From Camelus ferus (lineage: Eukaryota), in the NCBI RefSeq assembly GCF_009834535.1, contig NC_045697.1, positions 108,006,001 through 108,070,000 on the forward strand: DNA of 64,000 nt, in the 5' to 3' direction. Positions 48,893 through 60,381 of the stretch are shown one piece after another (positions within the stretch are counted from its first letter, which is position 1; each line of letters opens with the position of its first letter). Below the pieces are notes generated by a model. The model did not search any database, was not told the DNA's origin, and saw nothing but the letters and a program-made list of their open reading frames with translations. The position numbers were made by a program, and so were the translations under genes.

Positions 48893-49410
48893 TCAGCGGT
48901 TCTTGATGCTGGCTGCATGTTAGAATCACCTGGTTCTCCAAAGGAGCTATATGTATATATAAAGTAAGAAATTCACTCACACAATTATAGAGCCCGACCA
49001 GTCCCAAGATCTGCGGTTAACAAGCTGGAGACCCAGCGGGCGCCAATGGTGTAGTTCCAATCTGAAGGTCAGCAGATTAAAGACCCAGAAAGAGCTGATG
49101 CTTCAGTTCAAGTTCAAAAAACAAAAAAACAAAAAATAATGTCTCAGCTTAAAGGCTACCCGACTGGAGGAATTCCCTCTTATTCAGAGGAGGAACAGCC
49201 TTTTTGTTTTATTCAAAAAATACAGAAATAGCAGAATGATGTTTGATCAACTATCCAGGTGCTTGGTGGCCCAGTCATGTTAATAAATAAAATTAATCAG
49301 CACCCCTGGGGAACTATTAAAATATACTACTATGTCTGGCCCCATCTCAGGGGTTCTGACTTCACTGGTGAGGGGTAGAGTCTGGGCATCAGTACATTTT
49401 GAACTTTCTC
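48893..49410. mobile_element. MER5-like hAT element, interrupted by an MLT2 LTR
   Basis: cagcggttct...gttagaatcacctgg resumes as cctggggaacta...tctgggcatcagt. Confidence 0.65.
48934..49303 (-). mobile_element. MLT2 (ERVL) LTR fragment
   Basis: gtcccaagatctgc...aagctggagaccca...ggcccagtca...taaaattaatca; flanked by cctgg on both sides. Confidence 0.75.
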
Positions 49411-50635
49411 CTGCAGCCAGAGGGGAAAAGCCAGGTAAATTACTCATATATTTGCCTCTAATAAATGGTAGGATTTTTGAGGACAGGGTATGGCCTTCCC
49501 CTACCTCACAGCCTGCCTCCATGGCAGGTAGCAGCAAATGCTGAACTGAAGCTTCGTGTTTAATTGAATCACACTGTAGCATAACTCTTCTAGGTTGAAT
49601 TGTGTCCCCCCTAAAACTATTTGGGATCTCCCAAATCCAAGTGATGTTGTGAGTCTCTCGAACAATTTTTCTAGAAAGGACCATCTGAACTGGTCTCACT
49701 TTGCAAACCAGCCAGAGGTCCACTAGAAATGAACAAAGCAGGCACTTGGCTTATCAAGTTATCCTTTCTTCCGCAGAGCTTGATCAACCCAGGATTCAGT
49801 CATCAGATCACATTTCTGGGTCTGTGAAATTCAGGATGAGTCCGTGGGCTTGGGTGCCCCTGTCAAGGTCACTGAGAGGCACGGCTTGCTCAGCCATCTG
49901 CCCCTCACCCCGTGAAGTCTCTTCAAATTAAACACCACACCCTGTGGTAAAATTGTTCCTACTCTATAAATAGCCAACTTGGCTTGAGTTGCAATGAAAA
50001 TGCTACAGAGGAAGGGTGTCAGAGAGAAGAGAAAGGAAAGGCCACAGACTCAAGGGCAAATTTCTTGGTTGGATGACTCCAGTCTCTAAGGAATCCAAGA
50101 GCTCTCTGTGTAAAGGAGGTGTCCCCGGTGGGCTCTCCCCTGACAGCTCTTGTGACTTTCTGTTACGCTCTCATCCACTCAAGGGAATGTTTCCCTTTTC
50201 CTTCCGCATTTTCTTTTTTCATGCTTGGCTTTATTTGGGGTCAGGAAATGGCTACGAGGTTAATTTAAGTGCACAGGCCCCTTTCTGTGGCCTTGTGTAC
50301 ACTTAAATTTCAATCATATCGTGATGGAATTAAAACAGAAACCGGCTACAGGCAACACATGGTTATTGGTGCTCTCTGCAGCCATGTCGTTATAATATCA
50401 TAATATAATTTTATGACCGGCTGGTCTACAATTTTATAGGGCTGCTGCAAACCTCACATCTGCTCCCAGAATTGGGGGGGGCTGGATCCTCCCAACTTCC
50501 CTCTCCTGTTTCTGTACTATTTTCTCTGACTTTTCTGCCTCAGCCCTGACCCAGGGCTCCCTCTTCTTGCTGGCCGATTCCTTGTGGCCGTCACCACTCC
50601 AGGATCAGTCCATTTCTGCCAAAGCTTCTCAGCCT

Positions 50636-50780
50636 GTTTTGTTTTTTTCTTTTTGGGGGGGGTGGGGGTGGGGAAGTAACTAGATTTGTTTATTTATTTT
50701 TAGAGGAGATACTGGGGACTGAACCCAGGGCTTCATGCATGCTAAGCATGCACTCTACCACTTGAGCTATACCCTCCCCC
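50636..50780 (-). mobile_element. tRNA-Ala-derived SINE (Vic-1-like)
   Basis: Minus strand reads GGGGGAGGGTATAGCTCAAGTGGTAGAGTGCATGCTTAGCATGCATGAAGCCCTGGGTTCAGTCCCCAG, followed by a tail. Confidence 0.92.
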
Positions 50781-50786
50781 TTGACC

Positions 50787-50787
<1 letters not shown>

Positions 50788-50820
<33 letters not shown>
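50788..50820. repeat. (TG)16 microsatellite
   Basis: Read directly from the sequence. Confidence 0.95.
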
Positions 50821-50822
<2 letters not shown>

Positions 50823-50990
50823 AAATTGAAGTATGTCAGTTTACAATGTTGTGTCAATTTCTGGTGTACAGCACGATGCTCAGTCATACATGAGGTATAC
50901 ATGTATTCGTTTTCATATTCTTTTTCACCTTAAGCTACTACAAGATATCGAATATAGTTCCCTTTGCTGTACAGTATGAACTTGTTTTAA
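50821..50990 (-). mobile_element. 5'-truncated LINE-1 3' end
   Basis: tttacaatgttgtgtcaatttctggtgtacagca is homologous to the 3' end of the full-length L1. Confidence 0.85.
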
Positions 50991-51619
50991 TCTCTGCCTT
51001 TTGCTGATTGCCTACTGCCCCCACTGCTCACGTTCCTCCCGCCCCAGCTGATGCCCTGCCCTCCGTGCCCCTCCCCACCCCACCCTCAGTGTCATCCATG
51101 TGCCAGCCTTTAAATCCAGTTCCTCCCTCGTGCCCTGTGGTGTCAAGTCAGACAGAAAGGCTGTGCCTAGCGGCAGGGATTCTCGGCAACACAGAGAGGT
51201 TCACCTGGTTCCGGATCCTTCCATCTCTGGGGAAGCCGCACATCATACTGGTAGACTGCGGCATCTTTGGGTGCAAGGCGGGTGCGGGATACAGAGAACC
51301 CCAGGGTGGAAATGCTCCTGAACTCATCCTTCCCAGAGGCTGGGTGGTTTTTGTTTTTGTTTTTTGTTTTTTTTTTAAATCTCTGCTTCTTTCAATAGAA
51401 GATGAGGCTTCAGCATCTGGGATGACTTCGAGGTTAACTTCCATGTCTGTGTGATATGCTGTGTGCTTATTTCTCGCTGTCCGTGGTTCCCTGGGGGTTA
51501 GCAAAGCAGGTCAGAAAGGCCGCATATTAGGAGTGCACTAGATGGCTTGGCTTGCTCTTACTGCCCTTGACCCGGGTCACCCCACCTCGGGACTATTGGA
51601 GGGTGTCTGTAAGATGTCG

Positions 51620-51750
51620 CTTCTCCAAGCGAGGTCTGAGGCAGAGCTTGTTAGAAATACAGACTCTCAGGCTCCACCCCAGAGCGGCTGAATCAGAATC
51701 TCATTTTAACAGGATCCCCACCCAGGTGGTTCAGCTTGAAGGACGGTGGT
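51620..51750. mobile_element. MER5A-like fragment
   Basis: gagcttgttagaaatacagactctcaggctccacccc...ctgaatcagaatct...ttttaacaggatcccca. Confidence 0.7.
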
Positions 51751-53500
51751 CCCCGGGGCCGGGTTCCAGTGTGTTCCAGCTGAGCTGTTACACTCAGGTG
51801 CGTGCTGTCACTGGGGCAGGAGGAGCCGGCCCATTGCTCGTGGTGCCATGGCAGGCAAGCCCTCGAGAATGTTCGCGGGCTAAGTGCATTTACAGGTTAT
51901 CAGCGTGTCAGCACAACAACCTCTTTATGGGGATTGTTTAATTAATGTTAATTGCTCTTGGCCTGTCGTGTGACTTGGGCAGGATTTATGGAAAATCACC
52001 ATAATCTAAAACCCTATAAAAGAGTCATTGCTTTTAGAGGCCTTGTAATTCATGCCTGGAGACACCTTCTGATCCTTGATGAATCACCCGGATGTATAAA
52101 TACTGCCTGTATTTGCATAATTCTCAGAGGCATCCAGACACTTCATTCTGAGGGGGGGAGGGTGCATCCAGGTGGAGACCAATACTCCTCATACTTACCG
52201 GGTGGCAGTTGGTGAGTTTGCTTTATCAAGAGAGATGATGTATCTGGTTTTGCTACCCAGTTCTGTGCATTCATGGATCACATAAATTTCATTGTTGTTG
52301 TTGTTGCCTCCAGCCCCACGGATGTGCAAAGTTGTTTCCACCTCGCTATGATACCCACCCCTCCTCTCTTGGTGCCCTGCAGGTCCCGGAGAGAAAGGAG
52401 CTTGAAATAAAAGTTATAGAGACAGGGGATGGTCCATGGGGAGCCGAGGTACCATTAGGAGATGCTTGTTGACTCCTTTCCAACGGCAGGCATCTCTGAG
52501 ACCACCACTGACAGGTCAGAGGGAGAGAGAGTTGGACTGGGGACTCACCTGCCTGTGCCAACCCCACACCTGAGATCACAACCATTTGGGGTAAAGAACA
52601 TGTTTGTTTTTCAACATTGCCCTGTGGCATCCTTGCCCCCTTTCTCACTGCCCTTCCTTGACTTCTTTCTTAATCTCTCTATTCCCTTTCATTTGAAAGG
52701 TATGTAGGTGTCTTTAGGACTAATTCATACTCTGCCTCAATCATCTTCAACCGTAATTTATTTCCTACACTTATTACCCTCCTGGGAGAAGTGGGGCCTC
52801 TGAAATGTTCACTCTGAGCTTGGAAACCCATTTTTCAGTTTCTTTTTCCTCACAGTGAATCTTGTCTTACTTCAACCTTGGAGACAATCTCTGGCGTGGT
52901 TCTGAGAATGTCTTTATCCTTGTGCATTCCCCAAACACAGAGTGGCATGGCCTTGCTCAAGACAAGACCAAATCCTACCCATCTTCCCTGAGTCAGGCTT
53001 ATTTATTGTTAATTTTTTTTTTACACTTGCTATTTTTTCCAAGCTCACTACAATCCTGTGACATAAGTCGGGCAGGTATAATGCCGACATCACAGATCAA
53101 GGAACAAGGTCAGGGAGGCTTTTTCAGGAAGCAGAGCTCAGCTGGGATGAAGGCTGCTGGTTCCCTGTTCCAGGCTGTCGTGGGGACCCAGGGCCACCTT
53201 GGCACAGTCCATCCAGGTCCTCTGCAGGCCCCTGCTTTCAGGCACCGTGGTCGCAGCAGCACTGTGCCCTCTGGCCACCCTCATGAAGGCTCCTCTGCCG
53301 TGTGGTGGGGGCCCTCCATCTACGCAGGGGGGACCAAGGTCAGGAACCTCACTGAGCACAGACCACACCCTCCTGAGCTTGGTTTGCCATCCTGCCGTGA
53401 GCACAGGCCCCCCATATGTCAGCACCTCGGCGCCCCATAAATCCACTGGAGTTCTTCTGTGACCCGCCTGTGGCTGGAAGGCTCTGCCCCTGTTGCAGGT

Positions 53501-53539
53501 CTCCGAGGCTGTGTAGGGCTCCGAGGCTGTGTAGGGCTC
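53501..53539. repeat. Perfect 18-bp tandem duplication
   Basis: ctccgaggctgtgtaggg twice, followed by ctc. Confidence 0.92.
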
Positions 53540-54064
53540 GGGCCTGGGAGCCGTGACCCATTTTCTACACTGAGCAGGCAAATGCCATCTGCTGGCTCTC
53601 TCGCCTAGATGATTCAAATTCTCCCAAACCCAGTTCTACTGTCACTTGTCATTTGTTCTGCGTCCCAGCTTTGCCTTGTCTGCTAATCTGAAGATCTGAA
53701 TTTCTGTCATTTCACTCCTTGCAATCTGCCGATGAATTGACGGAGATTCAATGATTCCCAGAAAAGAGAGAAGATGCCTCCTTCCCTCCCTTATTAGTGA
53801 GCCCGGGGCTGGGGGACACAAAGCTGGCCACGCCTTGATGATTCCTGGCCCAGGAGCAGACATGCCAAAAGGCTCATCCTCCAGTGAAACAAAACAAAAT
53901 GGACAAGAAGCTTATAGTACTGAATATTAGCTCCCTTCCATACCACACTAGGACTAAGCTCCCGCAGAGTTTCGATAGTCTTGTTTGTTGATAGATCCCC
54001 GGAACCAGAAGAGTGCCTGGCACGTGTTGGGGCTCAGTATGTAGTGAACTGAGTTTCAGTCTGC

Positions 54065-54588
54065 ATTATTGGCCCCAGTTCTCATCCTTCCCTTATTCAC
54101 ATCTTTGCTGTGAGACTAGGCAGCTCCTCTAGGGGAGTAGATTATCTCCCTGCTGCTTTGCTTTGGGTGGGGCCGCGTGGCTTGCTTTGACTGATGGCAG
54201 GGGCTGGGGAAGTAAGTGACAGTGTATGAGTTCCCAGTTGAGGCTCGTAAGAGCTGCTGCACATTTCAGAACTCTCTTTCGAGTTCCCTCACTGCCCTGA
54301 GAAAAGTATGTCCTGGCCAGGCCCCTGGTCTAAGGAAGTTGAGAGACCGCAGTCGAGGTCCAGACCTGCGGACTTGCAGTGTAGACTGGACTGTCCCAGC
54401 CTAACCTTGACTCTTCGCTCACCCCACCACACCACAATGGGTGAGTGGGTGCAGCCAAGTTCAACAGAGCTGCTGCAGTTGAGCCAGCCCACTGTCAGAT
54501 GGTTAAACTATGATATTGCTATTTCAAGCCATGGAAATTTGGGATGATGTGTTACACAGCATTATTGTAAAAATAGCCAATTGATACC
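54065..54588 (+). mobile_element. MLT1H-like MaLR LTR
   Basis: gggtggggccgcgtggcttgctttgac...tgttacacagcattattgt...atagccaattgatac. Confidence 0.7.
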
Positions 54589-54661
54589 TCTGTCTGCTAT
54601 CTGGTTTCTTTCAGAGCCTGGACGTCTAAGGTATTATTTACCCTCATGTTTGTTCTAAAAC

Positions 54662-54745
54662 CAGGGGTTGGCAGATTGGTCCATAGAGGCTCAGATGGTA
54701 ACTATTCCAGGCTTTGGGGGCCCACATATGGTCTCTGTTGCATGC
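54662..54745 (+). mobile_element. MER58A-like fragment, followed by a (CCTT)n tract (~54750-54810)
   Basis: CAGGGGTTGGCA terminus and ggtctctgttgca. Confidence 0.6.
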
Positions 54746-55146
54746 TTGTCTTCCTTCCTTTCTTCCTTCCTTCCTTCCCTCCCTCCTTCCTTCCTTCCTT
54801 CTGTCCTTCCCAGGCACATTTTATAAGAGGGCCTCTAGCTGATGAAAGGAGCTCTGTGAATCACTGAATCTGTCAGTTCATTTGTAGGTTGCAAATAGTA
54901 GCATGACAGAAATTCAGATCTCCAGATTAGCAGATATTGCAAAGCTGGGACACAGAACAAAGTGATGGTGAAAATGAATTTAAGAGAATTTGAATCATTT
55001 GCGCTGGAACTTTCATTTGTACCCTGGCTCTGGCCCCCTTTTAATTTGAAGGATATTAAGAACTGACTTCAGGATCCTTCTAGTCCTTTTCAGCATTTAA
55101 AATTAAAAAAAAAATTAATTTATTATTTTAAAAAATAGGTTCATTT

Positions 55147-55524
55147 GAGTACTAATCAGCCGTTAAAAAGAACAAAATTTTGCCATTTGCAGCAACACAG
55201 ACTTGGAGGGCATTATGCTGTGTGAAACAAGTCAGACAGAGAAAGACAAATACTGTACAATATGACTTATATGTGAAATCTAGAAAAGATAACAAACTAG
55301 TGAATATAACAAAAAAGCAGACTTACAGATATAGGGGACAAACTAGTGATTACCAGAGAGTGTGGGGAGGGGCACTACAGGGGTGGGGGAGTGGGAGGTA
55401 CAAATTATTGGGTGTAAGACAGCCTCAAGGATGTACTGTACAACACGGGCAATAGAACCAATATTTTTAATAACTGTAAATGGAGTGTAACCTTTAAAAA
55501 TTGTACAAAAATTTTAAAAAAGTA
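55147..55524 (+). mobile_element. 5'-truncated LINE-1 (ORF2 end plus 3'UTR)
   Basis: ttgccatttgcagcaaca (PFAAT)...agtcagacagagaaagacaaatac; degenerate TSD aaaaat..ttca.tt. Confidence 0.88.
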
Positions 55525-55912
55525 AAAAATGTATTCAATTAAATGGTGCAAAAGCCAAAAGGTACAAAATGGTATATAGTGAAAATTAAGTTACCCACTC
55601 ACTCTTGTCCCCTTTGTCCTCTAATTCCCCTCGGTGGAGGCAACTACTGTGACAAATTTCCAGTACATCCTTCACGAGATCTTCTTTACCCATAGAGGCA
55701 TATATGAGTATATAGTTTTTCTTTTTAAGCAAATGAGAGCATGGTCTACATGTGTACATGGGAGAGCATCCAATATCAGAGCATCCCGTTTTTGAATGAA
55801 AGTGTAGCATAAATTGAAAGAGTTTGGACTTGAATTATGCAAGATGTGGCAAAACCTGAGCTTCAATAAAGGTGAAAACTTCTCAAGAATTTTGTCTTCA
55901 GTTTACCCTAAG

Positions 55913-56227
55913 CAGCAGTCAATAACTATGGCCCACTGTCTAAATATGGCCCACCCTTGTTTTTATAATTCCTGTGAGCTAACAATGATGTTTACTTTTT
56001 GAAAAAAAATCAAAAGAAGAAGAATATTTCATGTCACATGAAAATGATATGAAATTCCAATCTCAGTGTTTATAAATAAAGTTTTATTGGGACACAGCCA
56101 CACTCAGCCATTAATGTATTGTGTAGAGTTGCTTTTGTGTTACAATGGCAGAGCTGAGAGTCTGAGAACCATAAAGTTTAAAATATTTACTGTCTGAATA
56201 TTTGCAGAAAAAGTTTGCTGACCCCTG
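55913..56227. mobile_element. MER58B-like hAT element
   Basis: taaataaagttttattgggacacagccacac...aaatatttactgtctg...aaaagtttgctgacccctg. Confidence 0.8.
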
Positions 56228-58074
56228 ACCTAATCACAAATATAGTTCAACTCTTTGATCATCTAAAATTTGGTGATGAGTATATATGGTCAGCACATAT
56301 TTTCCTTGTGAGAATTAAAGAATTCCCCAAGGTGTTTCACTGGGAGAAACTCTGGAATCTTTTGACTGGGCTGAATCTATTGTAATTTTAAATCAAAAAG
56401 AAAACAGATTCATCTTATTTGAAATCCAAAAGCCAAGGTACAATAGTTATCAAAAATTATTTAAAATTTCAATTAAAACCAGATTTGCTAATGGATTGGA
56501 GTGAATAACTTCCTAACCTTTCTTGTAAGCATGTTCTTAATGTAGAAATTAGCTGTACATTAGCAAATAAAATATGAAAGAGAGTTTGTCCAAAAGGGAA
56601 CTGACTTTTGGTTCTTTTCATTCTCAGAGATGAATCAGACAGAACAGCAAATGGCCTTTTTCGGGTCTGGAGCTGAATAGAATTTTCCAGAGACAGTAAA
56701 TCCTTATTCATGTGTTATTTAGGAAGGTATTATGGCTAACAGTGTTTTTGCTCTTAAGATTTAAAAATGAAAATATAATATATATAAGAGTTCCCCCCTT
56801 TTTTTTTTGCAAGAGTAATATTAGTATTGTATATATTTATAGTTACTTGCATTATTCAAGAGTCTTAAGGTGATCTCTCAACTTAAGTAAGCATCAGAAG
56901 TTTTAGAAAGCCAAAGGAAGAGCAAAAATCACTTCAATCATGAGGAAAGTTAATGTTTCAGATATTTCAGATCCTGTATTTATTCTGATGATGGAGAAAA
57001 GCAGTAAATTAAGAAGAAAAATTAGCCAACAGGTAACACACAAGAAATATAGCTAGAAAAGAAATATCTCTGACCAGCCCCACTCATTTTTGACTAGTCT
57101 TTCAGAACTGGATATAGGAGTGGCAGGTGGAAATTGGGAACAGTAAGGATTATAGATAAGAGAGGAAAAAGAGTAGAGCATGCTCTGGAAAGCTATCCAT
57201 CTGTGAACTTAAGAGCTGTCACGTATGAATTGTTTCCTCGAGGCTGCAATACTCAATATTCGATGTGATGTGAAGTTATGGGGGAGCAGCCATGTCAGTG
57301 TACTTGTTCTGTAGGAAAAGAAATTGAGGAACAGAGAGATTACTCTATCTAACTTAGTGCTCAAAGCTGAAACCATTATCAGACATTTCAAAATGGTTAA
57401 CCAGTGATTCAGGTTTCTTCCTCAATCATGAATTGATGGTCTCCTATGTTCAAAGCACTGATCCAGGCATAGTAGGGCCCAAAGATGTGTGAAACAAGGC
57501 CCTTGCCTGGGTGGAACCTATGAATTAGCGAAGACACAATCCAAGGCACTAGGTCACACTTGGTAACGTCATCTGAATGAGCCTAAGAAAGGCTTGTGTC
57601 AGTTAGGCACAGGATAAGCTTCAGTAAATAAAAGAGGAGCATCTCCTACTGGGGGTCAAATGCAAAATGAAGAGTGGGGCATATAGGTCTGGTTCTAAGA
57701 GGTAGTGGGGTAAGCCCCTCTCTCCCCTGTTTTTATTAGAAATCTCACTTGGCTTGAATGAACCTCCCCTCAGGGAGGGTCGGGGGGCTATTCTGATGGG
57801 CTCAGGGGGATATGGCAATTTTTATAGATAGGTTTCTCTTTTTAATCTTTGATCTAATTGGAATTTATTTTGGTGAATGGTAGATTTGTTTTTTTTCTGC
57901 CAAATAACAGATCATCTTAGCACCATTTATTGAAGAATGGAGTGTTTCCTTTTTCCTACTGATTTGTGAAAATATTCAGTCACCATTTACTGAAGGCTGT
58001 GTCAGGAGCTTTGATATATTTTGTAAGGACTTGTGCATCTTCTAGGTGACTCGGGGTCTGAAGTTCCTTCCTTG

Positions 58075-58564
58075 GTATGGTAAATTCTCGAGCTTTTGAG
58101 TCTTGCTGGGAAAGTGAGCTTGCCTTGACTTCAAAACTTGAAAATGCCAAGAGCTTACTTTCCCACACTCCTCTGCACTTAGGTGAGATGTGAGCATATG
58201 TTGAGGCTCAACCAATCAACCATTCAGGCTTCACAACTGGATTTATTGATCCCAAGAAGGTTGACTGAACAAAGGCCATTCTGATGTGTTATGTCAACAG
58301 TTCCTAATTTCCAGGAGCACATAGGGCAGGGCTCACTGTGACAGCCAAGTGTTCAGTGGTGCGGCTGGGAGTCTCCACATGCTCCTTGGTGCCAGGAATT
58401 TCTGCCATCCCGGCTGCCACCCAGTCTTCCATGATCCTTCCTTCCCCCATGTCTGGCTCCCAACCTTTTGTAAGCAACATAATAGCCTTGAATAAATTCC
58501 TCTTCGGCCTGAATTAGACAGAGTGTGTCTCTGTTGCTTGGAACTGAAAACCTTGATTGATACA
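58075..58564 (+). mobile_element. Old ERVL-type LTR (LTR16/LTR33-like)
   Basis: 3' end aataaattcctcttc...tctgttgcttggaactgaaaaccttgattgataca. Confidence 0.6.
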
Positions 58565-58608
58565 TGCAGGATAGCATTTGATTCTCAAGTCCTCACACCA
58601 CCCCCTGC

Positions 58609-58751
58609 TTTTTTTTTGGGGGGGGGCAAGGGAGGTAATTAGGTTTACTTATTTTTATTTATTTATTTTTTTAAGAGGAGGTGCCGGGGATTGAACCCAG
58701 GACCACATGCATGCTATACATGTGCTCTACTACTTAAGCTATACCCTCCCC
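58609..58751 (-). mobile_element. tRNA-Ala-derived SINE (Vic-1-like)
   Basis: ggggattgaacccaggacc...agctataccctcccc; TSD caa(g/a)tcctcacacc at 58586-58599 and 58752-58765. Confidence 0.9.
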
Positions 58752-59184
58752 CAAATCCTCACACCTTTTAAGATACATATCATCACCCCCATTAGATTTA
58801 GGTAATTTGTATTCAGTAAGAGTATTAACCTGCTTAAGAACACCCAGGTAGGAAGCAGTAGATATGGAATTCAAATCCAGCTTACACCACAGATGTTCTC
58901 TCTCTCTTTATATTATATGTGGCAGAAACTGTATATTGTTTTCTGGGTCCACACTCCATTGGTCTGGCCATTTATTCTTGTGCTGGTACCACACTGTTTT
59001 GTTGATTGCAGCTTTGTCATAAGTTTTAAAATCTAGTATAGCAAGTTCTCTTTTATTCTTTTAAATATTCTTCTTACCCCTTCCTGAATGTTTATTTTTC
59101 TAGATGAGAAATTTGGCAATATTGTAAAGTTGTTCCAAAATCACAGAGGGGTAAATTAGCAGATGTAATTTCAAATGCTTCATC

Positions 59185-59900
59185 CCTTGTGGAGTAATGG
59201 GAACCCTTGTACACAGTTGTGGGAATGTAAATTGGTGCAGCCACTATGAAAAACAGTATGGCATTTCCTTCAAAAACTAAAAATAGAGTTACTATATAAT
59301 CCAGTAATTCCACTCCTGGGTATATATCTGGAAAAAAAAGAAAACTTTAATTTGAAAAGATACATGCACCCCAATGTTCACAGCAGCACTATTTACACTA
59401 GCCAAGACATGGAAACAACCCAAGTGACCATCAACAGACAACTGGCTTAAGAAGATGTGGTATATAAATACAATGGAATATTACTCAGCCATAAAAAGAA
59501 TGAAATATTGCCATTTGCAGCAATATGAATGGACCTAGAGAATATTATGCTAAGTGAGTGAAATAAGTCAGACAGAGAAAGACAAATAGTATAGAGTATA
59601 TCACTGACATGTGGAATCTAAAAAATAATACAAATAAATCTATATACAAAACAGAAACAGATTCACGGACATAGAAAACCACACTTGTGGTTACTAAAGT
59701 AGGAGGAGGGACAAATTAAGAGTATGGGATACAAACTACTATACACAAAATAGATAAGCAACAAGGATTTAATGTATAGTACAGGGAATTATACCCATAT
59801 CTTGTAATAACCCACAGTGGAATATAATCTGCAAAAAAAAACCCCAGAATCACTATGCTGTACACCTGAAACTAACTACTCAAACAACAACAACAAAAAG
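59185..59900 (+). mobile_element. 5'-truncated LINE-1 (ORF2 C-terminus plus 3'UTR)
   Basis: gttgggaatgtaaattggtgcagccactatg...atacatgcaccccaatgttcacagcagcac; 10-bp TSD atgcttcatc (59175-59184 and 59901-59910). Confidence 0.92.
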
Positions 59901-60199
59901 ATGCTTCATCTTTAATATTATTTTTACATAACAAGGTTATGTGAGGTATTCGTAGCTCCCCTATGTGCATGTACACGCACACCCACGCTCACACCCACAA
60001 ATACGTACTTATGTGAAAATTTTGGGTTCCTATATAAAGACTTTTTGTTCGTTAGCTTCAGCACATCTGAAAATTCTCCAGACACAGAAACTGTAGCAGA
60101 GTTGGACTGAGACGCTCCTTCACATTCAGGCTGCTGACAAACTGGAAGTTGTCCCTAATAGGAGAAGAGCAGTGAGGAGGAAAATAATTTGTCACAGGC

Positions 60200-60350
60200 T
60201 TTTATTATTTTTTTTAATTTTTAAAAAATAATTGGCATTTTTGTTTGTTTTTTTTATTAGTATTATTTTTAATGGAAGTACTGGGGATTGAACCCAGGAC
60301 CTCCTGCATGGTAAGCGTGCACTCTACTGCTGAGCTATACCCCAACCCCC
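60200..60350 (-). mobile_element. tRNA-Ala-derived SINE (Vic-1-like), next to a T28 run (60354-60381)
   Basis: ggaagtactggggattgaacccaggacctcctgcatggtaagcgtgcactctactgctgagctatacccc. Confidence 0.9.

Positions 60351-60381
<31 letters not shown>

Noticed and set aside
52862..53617. 192-aa and 159-aa ORFs (similarly 28381-28848 and 51008-51941)
   Set aside because: No recognisable domain, mostly non-ATG starts, GC-rich and partly repeat-derived; this is expected background in mammalian DNA.
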